Shown: positions 25,165-34,155 of the stretch, one piece after another
Layout of the letters: every line of letters begins with the position of its first letter
Position numbering within the stretch: position 1 is the stretch's first letter
Source of the DNA: a virus
Taxonomy: Duplodnaviria; Caudoviricetes
Virus record (IMG/VR): IMGVR_UViG_3300048853_000015
Span: 1-48,796 of that record
Direction: 5' to 3' (one strand)
DNA: 48,796 bases
The notes under the pieces: model-generated
Told to the model about the DNA's origin: nothing
The model's database searches: none
What the model saw: only the letters and a program-made list of their open reading frames with translations
Translations under genes and position numbers: made by a program

Positions 25165-26838
25165 TTAGCCGAACACCAACATTTGGTAGGAGGGCTCTCT
25201 CTTGACCTCCGGATTTCGGCTCATCACGGTTACGGCGTCGAAAAGCGCCATCACCGGGTCAATCTTGGCGTCTCCGGCGTTCTGCTTCGTCGCCCGGATT
25301 GCCGTTGCGGTCGGCTCAATCTTCAGGTTCGACACGCACCAATCCATGAGCGCAGATGGCGCATGCCGCAGAGTTCCGTTCGTCAGCTTCCGCTCTGCCG
25401 TCTTGATGGCGTTCATCATCGCATAGCCCTGAGGGGCGCCGATGAGATTGCCATCCTCCTGCGTGACGCCGATCTCGGCCAGCGCCTCGATCATCTCGCC
25501 GAGGCCGGCAGGGTCGACGGCGACGGCCGCCAGAAGACCGCAGTCCTTGACCTGCTCGATTATCTCGATGATGTCCGAAATGTCCTTGAGCTCGTCATCG
25601 ACGATCGTCAGAAGCTCGGCCTTCTTGAAGTCGAGCAGCTTCGACGCGATGGACTTGCGCCGGGTCAACACGCCCTTGTGGCACCAGGCATGCGACCAGG
25701 CGAGCCAGTCCCTTGTGCCTTTCTCCCGCCCTACGACCGTGAGGCCGAAGAGGTCATCCAAGCCGCCGCCGTCGATCCCGACCACGACCACCTCGCAGCG
25801 ATCAAGAACGGTATCGAGCGAAATGCTCTCGTCTTCCCGCTCCGGCCAGAAGTCCGCCCCCGGCCACCGGTTGGAACGGAGGTTCATGCCGATTTCAACG
25901 TTCAGGTGCTTGGCCAGGAAGGTGTTGCGGGTGTCGCTGTCCTTCGCCAGTTCCTTCGTCAGCTCCTCTTCGAGCCATTCCTGGCTGACGGAGCGCCCAA
26001 TATTCGGGTTCGTGATGTAGAAATTCGCCGGGTCGAGATAGCTCGACGCCTCCAGCATCGCCGGCGGGAATTCGTAGATGACTCCGAGGCTCTTCCGATC
26101 GCTGATTTTGCCGTCCCGCACATCGCGGAAATAGTCGAGCTTCGACTTGAACACGCCCGCCGGCGGAGCATCGCTCTGCGTCGACAGGTAGATCACGAAT
26201 CCTTCTGGCCTCGACACAAGGCCGCCCGTTGCCTCTCTCAGCATCGCATCAGCGTTCGGCTTCTTGCCGAACAGCCAGAGCTCGTCGACGAGGACGAAGG
26301 CCGCCTTCTTGCCAGAAACCGTGTCTGTGTCTGCGGCAACCACCTTCATCACGGCTTTCGTCAGCCGATGGGTTATCTGCCGGAAATTCTCCTGCACATG
26401 CAGCAGGTCGGTTAACTCCGGATCCGCCCGCACCATGTCGCGCGCCGGAAAGAACGAGTTATTCGCGACCTCGATCGTCGGCGCCAGGATCAGCAGCTCC
26501 GCCGAATGGCGCCAGTTGCGAATGAGCGCTGTCAGCATGATGCCGGCGGCGATCGTCGACTTCGAGTTCTTCTTCGAGATCAGGAGGAAGAATTCGCGGA
26601 TGTTCCTCTTTGCCGTCTCGTGGTCATAGGCGCCGAAGATGGCCCGGACGAAATCGAAGACCCATTCCTCGCACGCTTCACCGAATGTGGGGCTGCCCGG
26701 CGCGTCAACGATGCGGAGCGCCTTGAACACCTCGAGGGCGGCTTCCGCTTCCTCGGGGAACAAAGGATCGAAGGGGATAAGGGATTCCCGCGCGGCAATC
26801 CGCCGGTCCCAATCAGGGCAAGCGGTATCCCATGTCAT
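25165..26838 (-). CDS. terL: Terminase large subunit
   Basis: ISKKNSKST (Walker A), VLVDELW, GIDGGGLDD, KIDPVMA motifs. Confidence 0.95.
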   Translation of the reverse strand: MTWDTACPDWDRRIAARESLIPFDPLFPEEAEAALEVFKALRIVDAPGSPTFGEACEEWVFDFVRAIFGAYDHETAKRNIREFFLLISKKNSKSTIAAGIMLTALIRNWRHSAELLILAPTIEVANNSFFPARDMVRADPELTDLLHVQENFRQITHRLTKAVMKVVAADTDTVSGKKAAFVLVDELWLFGKKPNADAMLREATGGLVSRPEGFVIYLSTQSDAPPAGVFKSKLDYFRDVRDGKISDRKSLGVIYEFPPAMLEASSYLDPANFYITNPNIGRSVSQEWLEEELTKELAKDSDTRNTFLAKHLNVEIGMNLRSNRWPGADFWPEREDESISLDTVLDRCEVVVVGIDGGGLDDLFGLTVVGREKGTRDWLAWSHAWCHKGVLTRRKSIASKLLDFKKAELLTIVDDELKDISDIIEIIEQVKDCGLLAAVAVDPAGLGEMIEALAEIGVTQEDGNLIGAPQGYAMMNAIKTAERKLTNGTLRHAPSALMDWCVSNLKIEPTATAIRATKQNAGDAKIDPVMALFDAVTVMSRNPEVKREPSYQMLVFG

Positions 26839-27245
26839 CGATCATTGCTCACGACCAGTTTCGGCGCCTGCGGAGGAGCAAACCGACCCCCGACGTTCTC
26901 CGCGGCTATCTGGCGCTCTTCCTTCTTGCCCAGCTTCGGCTCCTTGACGGGCGCCCTCCGCTCCTGCGCTTTGGCCGCTCCGACCTGCTCGAGAAGCTTG
27001 TTCTGCGCCGAGACGTTGCCCTTCAGCGCTTCCTCGTAGCGGGCCATCATGACCTCCGCCGTCACCTTCGCCGTCGCAATCTCCATGTCGGCAGAAAAAT
27101 GTTTCGTCAGCGTCTTCACCGCGAGGCCCATCGCTTCCGCAATTGCCTCCAACGACATGCCGCAAGCGCGAAGAACCCGCACCTTCTTGCGATCGTCTTC
27201 CGAGGGCGCCAATGGGTTGCGCCCGCTGTTTTTGTTGCCTGCCAT
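26835..27245 (-). CDS. terS: Terminase small subunit
   Basis: HTH (GMSLEAIAEAMGLAVKTLTKHF); KLGKKEE..AA..GGRFAP tail; overlaps the terL start. Confidence 0.8.
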   Translation of the reverse strand: MAGNKNSGRNPLAPSEDDRKKVRVLRACGMSLEAIAEAMGLAVKTLTKHFSADMEIATAKVTAEVMMARYEEALKGNVSAQNKLLEQVGAAKAQERRAPVKEPKLGKKEERQIAAENVGGRFAPPQAPKLVVSNDR

Positions 27246-27254
27246 GGCGTCAAA

Positions 27255-27345
27255 TTCTCCGACCCGGCAAAAAATTGTGCGAATGCGGCCCACGCGTGTC
27301 CCACGACCGCCTGCCTTTCATGTCCAACCTACCCCCCCCCCTGCC
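27255..27345. other. Candidate cos / packaging region
   Basis: Non-coding stretch before terS with a G-run and T-run on the minus strand, as often seen near cos in HNH-terS phages; cut site not determinable. Confidence 0.35.
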
Positions 27346-27998
27346 TGCCCTGCCGCCCCTCTAGAGGCGTGCCCGCCGCTCCTCGGCCTGCTTGTGCCCG
27401 CATGCCGGAAGAGATCTGCAAGGAATGGATCGTCTCTGTGCTTCATTACCCAAGACATGAACAAGCCGCGGTTGCCGTTACATGCATGGCAGGATGGTAC
27501 GAGATTGCTGGGGGCGTTGTTCTGTTTGTCACTGTCCAAATGGTCGGCTACCAGCTTACGCTTTCCCTTCGCCTTCCATTCCACCTCTTCACAGCACCAA
27601 TGGCAGGCATGAACGCCCGGACCAATCTTCTCGAAAAGCACCGCTCGATGCTCATAGAGACGCCCGTTGGACCCTACGAGCGGATGTTCGGCCTTACCGA
27701 GGAGAACTACATAACCATTACTGCCGATTGTGCTCCCTCTATAAACAGGGTCCGCCACTGTCCCAGTTCGGCGTCTCCGGTAGTAGTGGGTCTCACAGAG
27801 CTTCCCGTTCTTGGTTCGGCTTAGCGCCTCGCAGCCTTCTACGGTGCAGTGACACCACGGCTTCATCGGACGCAGGTAAAGAGGATCTCCGTATTTCATC
27901 CATTTGAGATAGTGGGCATTGCACCAACCCCTCGCCTTGGCTTTGGAGTTGCACGCTTCCACGATGCATTTCGCATCTGCTATGCTGTGAGCAGCCAT
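27318..27998 (-). CDS. Free-standing HNH endonuclease with two Cys/His zinc repeats
   Basis: C.VE.C...G.C..HY twice; YEHR; DHLDSDKQNNAPSNLVPSCHACN. Confidence 0.8.
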   Translation of the reverse strand: MAAHSIADAKCIVEACNSKAKARGWCNAHYLKWMKYGDPLYLRPMKPWCHCTVEGCEALSRTKNGKLCETHYYRRRRTGTVADPVYRGSTIGSNGYVVLLGKAEHPLVGSNGRLYEHRAVLFEKIGPGVHACHWCCEEVEWKAKGKRKLVADHLDSDKQNNAPSNLVPSCHACNGNRGLFMSWVMKHRDDPFLADLFRHAGTSRPRSGGHASRGAAGQAGGGVGWT

Positions 27999-28091
27999 TC
28001 GATCCTCGCACGATCGTTTCGGTTAGGCTCGGCGGCAGCGTTCCAGCGCTCCGTCGAGCTGTTTCAATCTAACAGAAACGCGCGTTATCAT

Positions 28092-28457
28092 CTACCGTTG
28101 AAGGCGAGCTCTGCGCTCTTCCGACTGTTTGGCGCCTGTATGGCACAGTCGACATAGGGTCTGCAGTCCTGCGTCATCGCAGAAGAAGCGAGCCTTCTCC
28201 TCGTTGTGAGGAATGATGTGGTCGACGTGCGCCTCTCCCTTGCCGGTGACGAGGAGGCCGCAACGCTTGCAGGTGTACATATCCCTTGCGAGGATGCGCT
28301 GTCTGGTGCGCTTCCACCATCCGGACTTGAGCCACAGGCGGGAGGGTCTGTCTTCTCTCCATTCCTGCTTGGCTCTTGCCTCTTCGTCTCCTGGTGCTCT
28401 TCCTATGAGGGGCTTGATGGTGGAGACGAGGGGCTTGATCGTTCTGAGGCGGGACAT
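28092..28457 (-). CDS. Terminase-associated HNH endonuclease (HK97 gp74-like)
   Basis: RDMYTCKRCG, VDHIIPH, LQTLCRLCH motifs. Confidence 0.85.
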   Translation of the reverse strand: MSRLRTIKPLVSTIKPLIGRAPGDEEARAKQEWREDRPSRLWLKSGWWKRTRQRILARDMYTCKRCGLLVTGKGEAHVDHIIPHNEEKARFFCDDAGLQTLCRLCHTGAKQSEERRARLQR

Positions 28458-28675
28458 CAGAGCGGCAAGAACCGGAGGAAGCGGTTATAGCGATAGCGTG
28501 AGCACCCGAAGGGTGGGCTCTTGACCTTGCCGAGACAGACCTCAACTCCGATCCGGTTGTGCAGCAGGGATCGGCCGACAGAGATCATGAAGTGATAGGT
28601 CTGAATGCCGATCTGCCACCAATGCCCGCGGTAGACGAATGCTCCTGCCGGCTTGCCATCATATCCGTCAGTCAT
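28457..28675 (-). CDS. Hypothetical protein
   Basis: Start MTDGYDG after GAAGGTAGG; TGATG overlap with the HNH gene. Confidence 0.45.
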   Translation of the reverse strand: MTDGYDGKPAGAFVYRGHWWQIGIQTYHFMISVGRSLLHNRIGVEVCLGKVKSPPFGCSRYRYNRFLRFLPL

Positions 28676-28700
28676 CAAACCTACCTTCTCGCCACTTCCG

Positions 28701-28961
28701 TTAAAGCTTGAAGCGGTCCCCGGAGGGGCGCACGCCGCGATGAACCAGTTCCTCGACTTTTGTCGTCCAGAAGCCGTCGGCATCCGTACTCTGTTTGACA
28801 CTCACGCTCACAATGTCTTTGCCGAACAAGGCGTCCATTGCAGCCTTCGCCCGATCGGCCGCTTCTGTCAGGGCATTGAGCGCTTCCGTCGCCTCTTGAA
28901 CCGCGGCCTTGTCGAACTCGAAACCAACCACCAACTTGTCCATTTTCTCAGCCATCTGCAT
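28701..28961 (-). CDS. Hypothetical protein
   Basis: SD AAGGAG; helical acidic sequence. Confidence 0.55.
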   Translation of the reverse strand: MQMAEKMDKLVVGFEFDKAAVQEATEALNALTEAADRAKAAMDALFGKDIVSVSVKQSTDADGFWTTKVEELVHRGVRPSGDRFKL

Positions 28962-29027
28962 TCTCCTTGCGGCGGCTACTTCCCCGGTTTTGGCTTGCCG
29001 TAGAACCAGGGGCCTATCCAGCCCGGC

Positions 29028-29198
29028 CTATGCTGAGGCTTGGCCATCGGTTCTCTTGAAGAACAGCACCCACTCATACGTCGAGCAGCGCACGACCTGG
29101 AGGAGTTCGTACCCTTCCGCTGCCTTGGCGTTGATGAGGGCTTGCATGCCTTCTCTGCCGGATGGGCCGAGGTCGTATTCGAGGACGAGGTACTTCAT
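29028..29198 (-). CDS. DUF4177-like small protein
   Basis: MKYLV...INAKAAEGYELLQV...LFFKR pattern. Confidence 0.55.
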   Translation of the reverse strand: MKYLVLEYDLGPSGREGMQALINAKAAEGYELLQVVRCSTYEWVLFFKRTDGQASA

Positions 29199-29293
29199 CG
29201 GCGATCCATCACCTTCCCGACGCGCCATAGAGCCCACACGACCGCTCCGACGAGGAAAAAGCTGTCGAGCAATACAAGCTCCAGGTAGGACAT
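29195..29293 (-). CDS. 32-aa membrane peptide
   Basis: MSYLELVLLDSFFLVGAVVWALWRVGKVMDRR; start/stop overlaps on both sides. Confidence 0.45.
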   Translation of the reverse strand: MSYLELVLLDSFFLVGAVVWALWRVGKVMDRR

Positions 29294-29457
29294 CAGCACG
29301 AGACCCTGAGGAAATCCCACCGACCTCCGGCCATCCAGTAGCGGCCGTGACGGTCTTGGCAGAGCATCACGTTCTTGCCGCTGACGGCATCCCTGAAATA
29401 GCAGGGATCGATAACCATCATCGGATAGCTCGTGATCAGCTTCCAGATCAGACGCAT
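29293..29457 (-). CDS. 54-aa hypothetical protein
   Basis: Strong SD GAGGAG; MRLIWKLITSYPMMVIDPCYFRDAVSGK...; below the ORF-track cutoff. Confidence 0.55.
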   Translation of the reverse strand: MRLIWKLITSYPMMVIDPCYFRDAVSGKNVMLCQDRHGRYWMAGGRWDFLRVSC

Positions 29458-29468
29458 CTCGTCTCCTC

Positions 29469-29505
29469 AAAGCGAAAGCCCCGCTACCTGGTGAGGCGCG
29501 GGGCT
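29469..29505 (-). terminator. Late-leader terminator-like hairpin
   Basis: AGCCCCGC...GCGGGGCT then TTCGCTTT on the minus strand. Confidence 0.55.
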
Positions 29506-29536
29506 GGGGAATAGACCGGATTTTCCGGTTTATTTG

Positions 29537-29645
29537 TCAGGACGGGCCGGGCTCGATACCGGCTGCTCTCAGTCTCGCAGGGCTTATTTCATCCAAGCTC
29601 CGAGAGTGGGGAAATCCTGCACGTCCTTCCGTGCTGCCGTCCTGA
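29537..29645 (-). ncRNA. tRNA-like RNA with an enlarged anticodon/variable region
   Basis: Closing stem TCAGGACGG/CCGTCCTGA; D-like arm GCAC-GGAAGGAC-GTGC; T-like arm GCCGG-TATCGAGC-CCGGC; no canonical anticodon arm. Confidence 0.55.
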
Positions 29646-29838
29646 TCTCGTGAGGCATTGCCTCGAATTGGTGCCCTCCACCGACCCAGGCGTTTACAAG
29701 GACCGGCTTCGGGCTGCGCCGTATGCATCCGACGACTTCGCGGAGACGAACTTGGCTCTACCCGTAGGCAGTGCTCGCAAGGGCCGCGCGCCCCGCCATC
29801 ATTTCAGATGGCAACCTGTTGCCGCCTATGCGGCTTGT

Positions 29839-30429
29839 CTAAGCTGAAGGCCGCGCCCGAATGTCTCGGGGTTTGATTACTCTGGTTTTCGCCAGTGCAG
29901 GGTCAACTTGCGGCTTCCCGTCCGGTGCGATCCAGTGTGTGGCGCACTTTTCGGACGATACCGTTGTTGATGTGTGTTCTGGCTGATTTTCGGACAGGCT
30001 GCAATCGTCATTGTTCAGCCGAACAAGTACAATCTGGTTGAGATTGTTCGCAATTTGTTGACAAATACGGGTGATTTCGCGCCGCAACATTCGGTCGTTC
30101 ATGTCATTTTCTGCGGCAAATCGGGAAAGTTTCATCCCTCTGCGCACCTTCACCCACGACCAAGCATAGATAAGCTTCCGGTCGGCCTCGCTCGATAGCT
30201 CGTTGATCCACACCCACACCTGCTGCATTCGGCTCAGGGAGGCCGCAGACGCGGTTTCCTTGTATCGGGCTGTCTCATACCCGTAAGCGTCGTCATGGCG
30301 CCTGACGGGCTCCGGCATGGCGTTTCCGAACATCTTCGGCCCTCTGACTGCCGGAGAGATGCGCAGGGTGTCGGCCATCTCAAGAATTCTGGCCTCAACG
30401 GCCTTCCATGTCCATGCCTCGTATTTCAC
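29839..30429 (-). CDS. Putative late transcription regulator (DUF6362-like)
   Basis: WT...VEARILEMADTLR...LSRMQQVWVWI; last early gene before the late leader; GTGA overlap with the upstream stop. Confidence 0.6.
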   Translation of the reverse strand: MKYEAWTWKAVEARILEMADTLRISPAVRGPKMFGNAMPEPVRRHDDAYGYETARYKETASAASLSRMQQVWVWINELSSEADRKLIYAWSWVKVRRGMKLSRFAAENDMNDRMLRREITRICQQIANNLNQIVLVRLNNDDCSLSENQPEHTSTTVSSEKCATHWIAPDGKPQVDPALAKTRVIKPRDIRARPSA

Positions 30430-30878
30430 GCAGCCTCTCCTATCATGTCCAATAGATCGCCCTGGATGGGGGTGAAGAATTTCGTCGACAGCAGCACGAC
30501 CAAGACCTTCCATGTCTCGATCCCGAGCCGCATTGCCTTTGCCTTGCGCCGGAGGCTGCCGAGGTCTATCGCGTCGAAGTCCTGCGTCAGTGTCGGCCGG
30601 CGGGTGAGGTCGGGATTGCGCTCGATCAGATGGGAAACGGCCGTGATCATGTCGGCGTAGAGTTCAGCCGCATTCGACCGCGTTCCGGTCATCAGCATGA
30701 GGACGAGCTTCAGGTGATCCTCGCCATGTTCCCGACCGATGTCGCGCACGGTGGGCTTGCAGTAGCACTCGAAGGGCTTCCGGCTGGTCGGGCTGTGCAA
30801 ATGCCCGTCGCGCAGGATCACGCCGCACTGACGGGCAACCTTGTAGATGTCGCATCGGCGGGCGCGAGTGTCTGTCAT
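30426..30878 (-). CDS. Conserved-looking phage hypothetical protein
   Basis: ATGA coupling; HGEDHLKLVL motif. Confidence 0.65.
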   Translation of the reverse strand: MTDTRARRCDIYKVARQCGVILRDGHLHSPTSRKPFECYCKPTVRDIGREHGEDHLKLVLMLMTGTRSNAAELYADMITAVSHLIERNPDLTRRPTLTQDFDAIDLGSLRRKAKAMRLGIETWKVLVVLLSTKFFTPIQGDLLDMIGEAA

Positions 30879-31396
30879 TCCGCCTTCCCCAAGTGATACC
30901 GGACGGTGTTCGGCGTGACGCCGATGGCCTCGGCTATTTTCGAGTAGTTCACCCCATCGGCGCGCATCCGGCGCATTGTCTCGACTGCTTCGGGCGTGAC
31001 CGGCCGCTCTGGGGATCTGCCCTTGAACGATGCGAAGAGGTCGCGAATTGAATTTGCTCGGCGGTTGAACAGGTCGCCAAGGCGTCTCGCGTTGGCATGG
31101 GGCCATCTTTCCTTGACCTCCATCAGGATCTGATTGCGGAGCGCCGCTGCCCGATGAGTGAGCCGCTCTGCGGTGATGTCCTTGTATTGAACCCTCATCT
31201 GCTGGCAGCGGATCTTGATGAACTCGTTCTGCTGGTCGCGGGTGGTTTGCTTGAACCGGCTGGCTTCGGCCGGCGGTGGCGGGGGTGCCTCTACCCGGAG
31301 CATGACGCGCTTTGGCTCGCCTCTGAGCCTATTTGCTACGGCGGCGTAATGGCGGTTGAGCGCAGCTTCGAACGGGGTTGGAACGTGGATAGTCAT
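30875..31396 (-). CDS. DnaA domain-IV-like plus HTH DNA-binding protein
   Basis: RNQILMEV...RLGDLFNRRANSI resembles the DnaA C-terminal domain; C-terminal YSKIAEAIGVTPNTVRYHL. Confidence 0.55.
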   Translation of the reverse strand: MTIHVPTPFEAALNRHYAAVANRLRGEPKRVMLRVEAPPPPPAEASRFKQTTRDQQNEFIKIRCQQMRVQYKDITAERLTHRAAALRNQILMEVKERWPHANARRLGDLFNRRANSIRDLFASFKGRSPERPVTPEAVETMRRMRADGVNYSKIAEAIGVTPNTVRYHLGKAE

Positions 31397-31587
31397 GCCG
31401 ACCTCCTGCGATACGCACATATGACCCCGGCGCCGTCGTGATCGACATCATCCACGCGAATTTGCCACGCCCAATCGCCGGCGCGGGTGTCGTAGAATTC
31501 CTCTCCATCCAGCCAGCGGACATCCACGAGCTCCCCTGCTGGAACCGGGCGTTCGCGCTCGCCCTTCCACTCTATCCAGTCGCTCAT
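31393..31587 (-). CDS. Hypothetical protein
   Basis: MSDWIEWKGERERPV...VICAYR; coupled on both sides. Confidence 0.6.
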   Translation of the reverse strand: MSDWIEWKGERERPVPAGELVDVRWLDGEEFYDTRAGDWAWQIRVDDVDHDGAGVICAYRRRSA

Positions 31588-31886
31588 GCCCCTGCCCTCC
31601 TCGCTTGAACTTGGATGACCTTCCCGTTCTTGCGGATGGGTCTCAGGCTGAACAGCGCATCCGCCGCGGCGAACCGCTCTGCCTTGGCGCCATCGCGCAG
31701 ATACTCGCCATTGAAATACCGCAGCAGATGGCGGTTGACGGCCCGGAGCGCCTCCAACTCGGTCGGGAAGACTTCCGGCTTGTCGCCCTTCCCCATGATG
31801 GGCTTCGGCTTGCCGTCCCGGGCAAAGCGGAGCATGGCCCAATGGCCTCCAGGAACTGCCTTCGTATAGCCCGCAAACTCGTTCAT
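31584..31886 (-). CDS. Hypothetical protein
   Basis: ATGA overlaps on both sides. Confidence 0.6.
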   Translation of the reverse strand: MNEFAGYTKAVPGGHWAMLRFARDGKPKPIMGKGDKPEVFPTELEALRAVNRHLLRYFNGEYLRDGAKAERFAAADALFSLRPIRKNGKVIQVQARRAGA

Positions 31887-32674
31887 ACGCCGCACATCCC
31901 TTCGCATTCGTTGATGAACATGTTGAGCTGACCGCGATCCTCGGCGGTCGAAAGATCGACTTCTGAGAGAGGCACCAGGGAAGGATGAATGAACGGTGTG
32001 CCGCGAAGCAGCACTCTGTCTTCCCGGATCATCTCATCAAAGCGAACCGCTTCTTCCCACGAGCACCGATCATTCGCTTTCATGTCCCGCCACATGGCAT
32101 CGCTGTGAAACGGGCAGAAGGTGCAGGCGCTCTTGGGCGCGCGGGGATACTGGCGTTCCTCCTTCCACTTCAGGCAGTCCCGGCGAGACATACGCATCTC
32201 AATCAGTGGCCAGCGATGCTCCACGAATGACAGCCGTGACGGCTTCATGCGGGATGCTTCATCAAGCGAAATGCCAATCCACTGGATGACCTTGACCGTC
32301 TTCGGGCCACGTTGCCGAGGCTTCAAGCCGATCAGTTCGCGGACCTTCTTTTGGATCGGGATGATCTTGTAATCCTGCGTGCACTGCCGGTTGCTGAACC
32401 CCTTTGAGCCGTTCGGGTTTAGGATATGGAAAGGGGGGCTGCCGCTCGTCTTGCCCCTCTTCATATCCTCAACGATATTGCCGGCCGCGACCCGGTGGAC
32501 CGGGAAAGGCAATTGCTTCTCAAGCCATTCAAGATGCTGGTAGACCACCTTGGGCTCTGCGCCGGTGTCCGCGAAGATCGCGCAATCAGGCATTGGGCCG
32601 ATATCGCCGCGTGCGGCCATCAGAGCGAGGGTGGTGGACTGAACGCCAGCCCCAAGGGAAATGACGTTCATCAT
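31883..32674 (-). CDS. PAPS-reductase-like / PP-loop family protein
   Basis: ISLGAGVQST, IFADTGAE, RQCT, KSACTFCPF, ECEGMCGV motifs. Confidence 0.75.
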   Translation of the reverse strand: MMNVISLGAGVQSTTLALMAARGDIGPMPDCAIFADTGAEPKVVYQHLEWLEKQLPFPVHRVAAGNIVEDMKRGKTSGSPPFHILNPNGSKGFSNRQCTQDYKIIPIQKKVRELIGLKPRQRGPKTVKVIQWIGISLDEASRMKPSRLSFVEHRWPLIEMRMSRRDCLKWKEERQYPRAPKSACTFCPFHSDAMWRDMKANDRCSWEEAVRFDEMIREDRVLLRGTPFIHPSLVPLSEVDLSTAEDRGQLNMFINECEGMCGV

Positions 32675-34155
32675 AGCATCCGCTCCTGGTCTACCGCCGG
32701 CCGTTCGGACACGTAGCGCGTGAGGCGCGCATCGAACCCGACGTGTTTCTTGGCGGTAGCATCGCCAAAGCGAAGCTTCAGACAGCCCAGTTCCGCCCTG
32801 CCCTCGACATCCCCTCCGAACGTCTGCCGGAAACGGGCCCGGATGGCGTCGGCCTCGTTGGAGTCCTTGGCCGTGTCCAGTTGCCGGTTCATGTGGAGCT
32901 CGGCGCGGTAGAGATAAAAGATCGTGTCGAAGGGCTGGCGCGCTGCCTCTCCGCCGTAAAGGTCCGCGGCGATCGGCCGGGGATTGTCGCGGCGCATGCC
33001 GGAGCCGGAGCGCTGCTGCAGGACGAGGACGGCCGCGCCCGTATCCTTGGCGAGAGACTTCAGCCGCTGCGCGATCGTCAGGGCCTTGGTTCCCTCGTCA
33101 GCGGGGCCACCGTCCCATTTGATCGCCCGGATATGGTCTATCACCACAAGCGGCGTCTTGCCGTTGGCGTTCTTCTTGATGAAGCGCTTTGCCTTGACGC
33201 AGAGCTTCTCGACGGTGTCCTTCTCGCCGCAGTCGATGACCTCGAAAGGCTTCTGGAATATCTTGCGGGCGAAGGCGTAGCATTCCTCGACCTCGTTCTG
33301 ATTGAGGAGGTTCTCGAGCTGTCGCCGGAGCTCAGTTCCAAGGTTCTGGGCCGCCATCTGGGCGACACACTCTTCGCGGGTCTGGTCGTAGCTGAGTATG
33401 AGAACGGGGTGGCCGGCCTCGATCGCCGCATAGACGATCTGCATGGTGAGGCTGGTCTTGCCCTCGCCGCTGCTCGACAGGAGGCCTATCAACCGTTTCT
33501 CGCGGAACAGGTGGTCACTCAGAACGACTTGCAGTTCCTTGAGGGGGATGGGCACGCCGACGCTGGAGTCGCTCGTGCGGCCGCTTGTGATCGCCTTGAG
33601 ATAGGCTTCCGCCGCATCGTCGCTGCGCTGCTCGTCGCCCTCCAAGGCCTTTACTACATCTTCGAACTTGCCGCGTAGCGCGTCGACCTGATCCATGAAG
33701 TCGACATCCGGGGAATAGGCCACCTCGTCCATCTTCTCGCCGAGGGAGACGCAGGCCCGCCGCGCGGCCGCATCGATCACGGCATATGCGAAGTGCGGAG
33801 CGTTGACGACAGAGACGGCATTGGAAGCCAGATAGGCGAGGTATTGCGCCGTGGTCATATCCCCGACAGTGCCGGCGGTGACCAAGTTCTTCATCGTGAC
33901 GGCGCTGATGAGGCGGCCGGAGCGCCGCTGATCGAGCATGGCCTCGAATATCTCGCCGTGCAGGCGTTCGAAGAAATGCCGGTGTTCCAAGGATGACGGG
34001 ATGGCGTCGAGCGCGTCGTTGTTGACGAGGATGGCGCCAAGCAGCGCCTGCTCCGCCTCCAGGTTATTCGGCAGCTCCCGCAGGGTCTCGCGGCCTCCGC
34101 CAATTCCATGCATTGCCCTCTCGGCTTCGGAGAGGTCTCGGGCGTGAACGTTCAT
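32671..34155 (-). CDS. dnaB: DnaB-like replicative helicase
   Basis: LPNNLEAEQALLGAIL; Walker A SSGEGKTS; VVIDHI; LYRAE; KLRFG. Confidence 0.85.
   Translation of the reverse strand: MNVHARDLSEAERAMHGIGGGRETLRELPNNLEAEQALLGAILVNNDALDAIPSSLEHRHFFERLHGEIFEAMLDQRRSGRLISAVTMKNLVTAGTVGDMTTAQYLAYLASNAVSVVNAPHFAYAVIDAAARRACVSLGEKMDEVAYSPDVDFMDQVDALRGKFEDVVKALEGDEQRSDDAAEAYLKAITSGRTSDSSVGVPIPLKELQVVLSDHLFREKRLIGLLSSSGEGKTSLTMQIVYAAIEAGHPVLILSYDQTREECVAQMAAQNLGTELRRQLENLLNQNEVEECYAFARKIFQKPFEVIDCGEKDTVEKLCVKAKRFIKKNANGKTPLVVIDHIRAIKWDGGPADEGTKALTIAQRLKSLAKDTGAAVLVLQQRSGSGMRRDNPRPIAADLYGGEAARQPFDTIFYLYRAELHMNRQLDTAKDSNEADAIRARFRQTFGGDVEGRAELGCLKLRFGDATAKKHVGFDARLTRYVSERPAVDQERML

Noticed and set aside
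25123-26415. 430-aa plus-strand ORF, and similar long antisense ORFs at 12615, 22617, 26832 and 32743
   Set aside because: Shadows of well-supported minus-strand genes.
29669-29680. TGGTGCCC as a second att core
   Set aside because: Only 8 contiguous bases match and no arm sites are nearby; better explained as an RNA 3' end.
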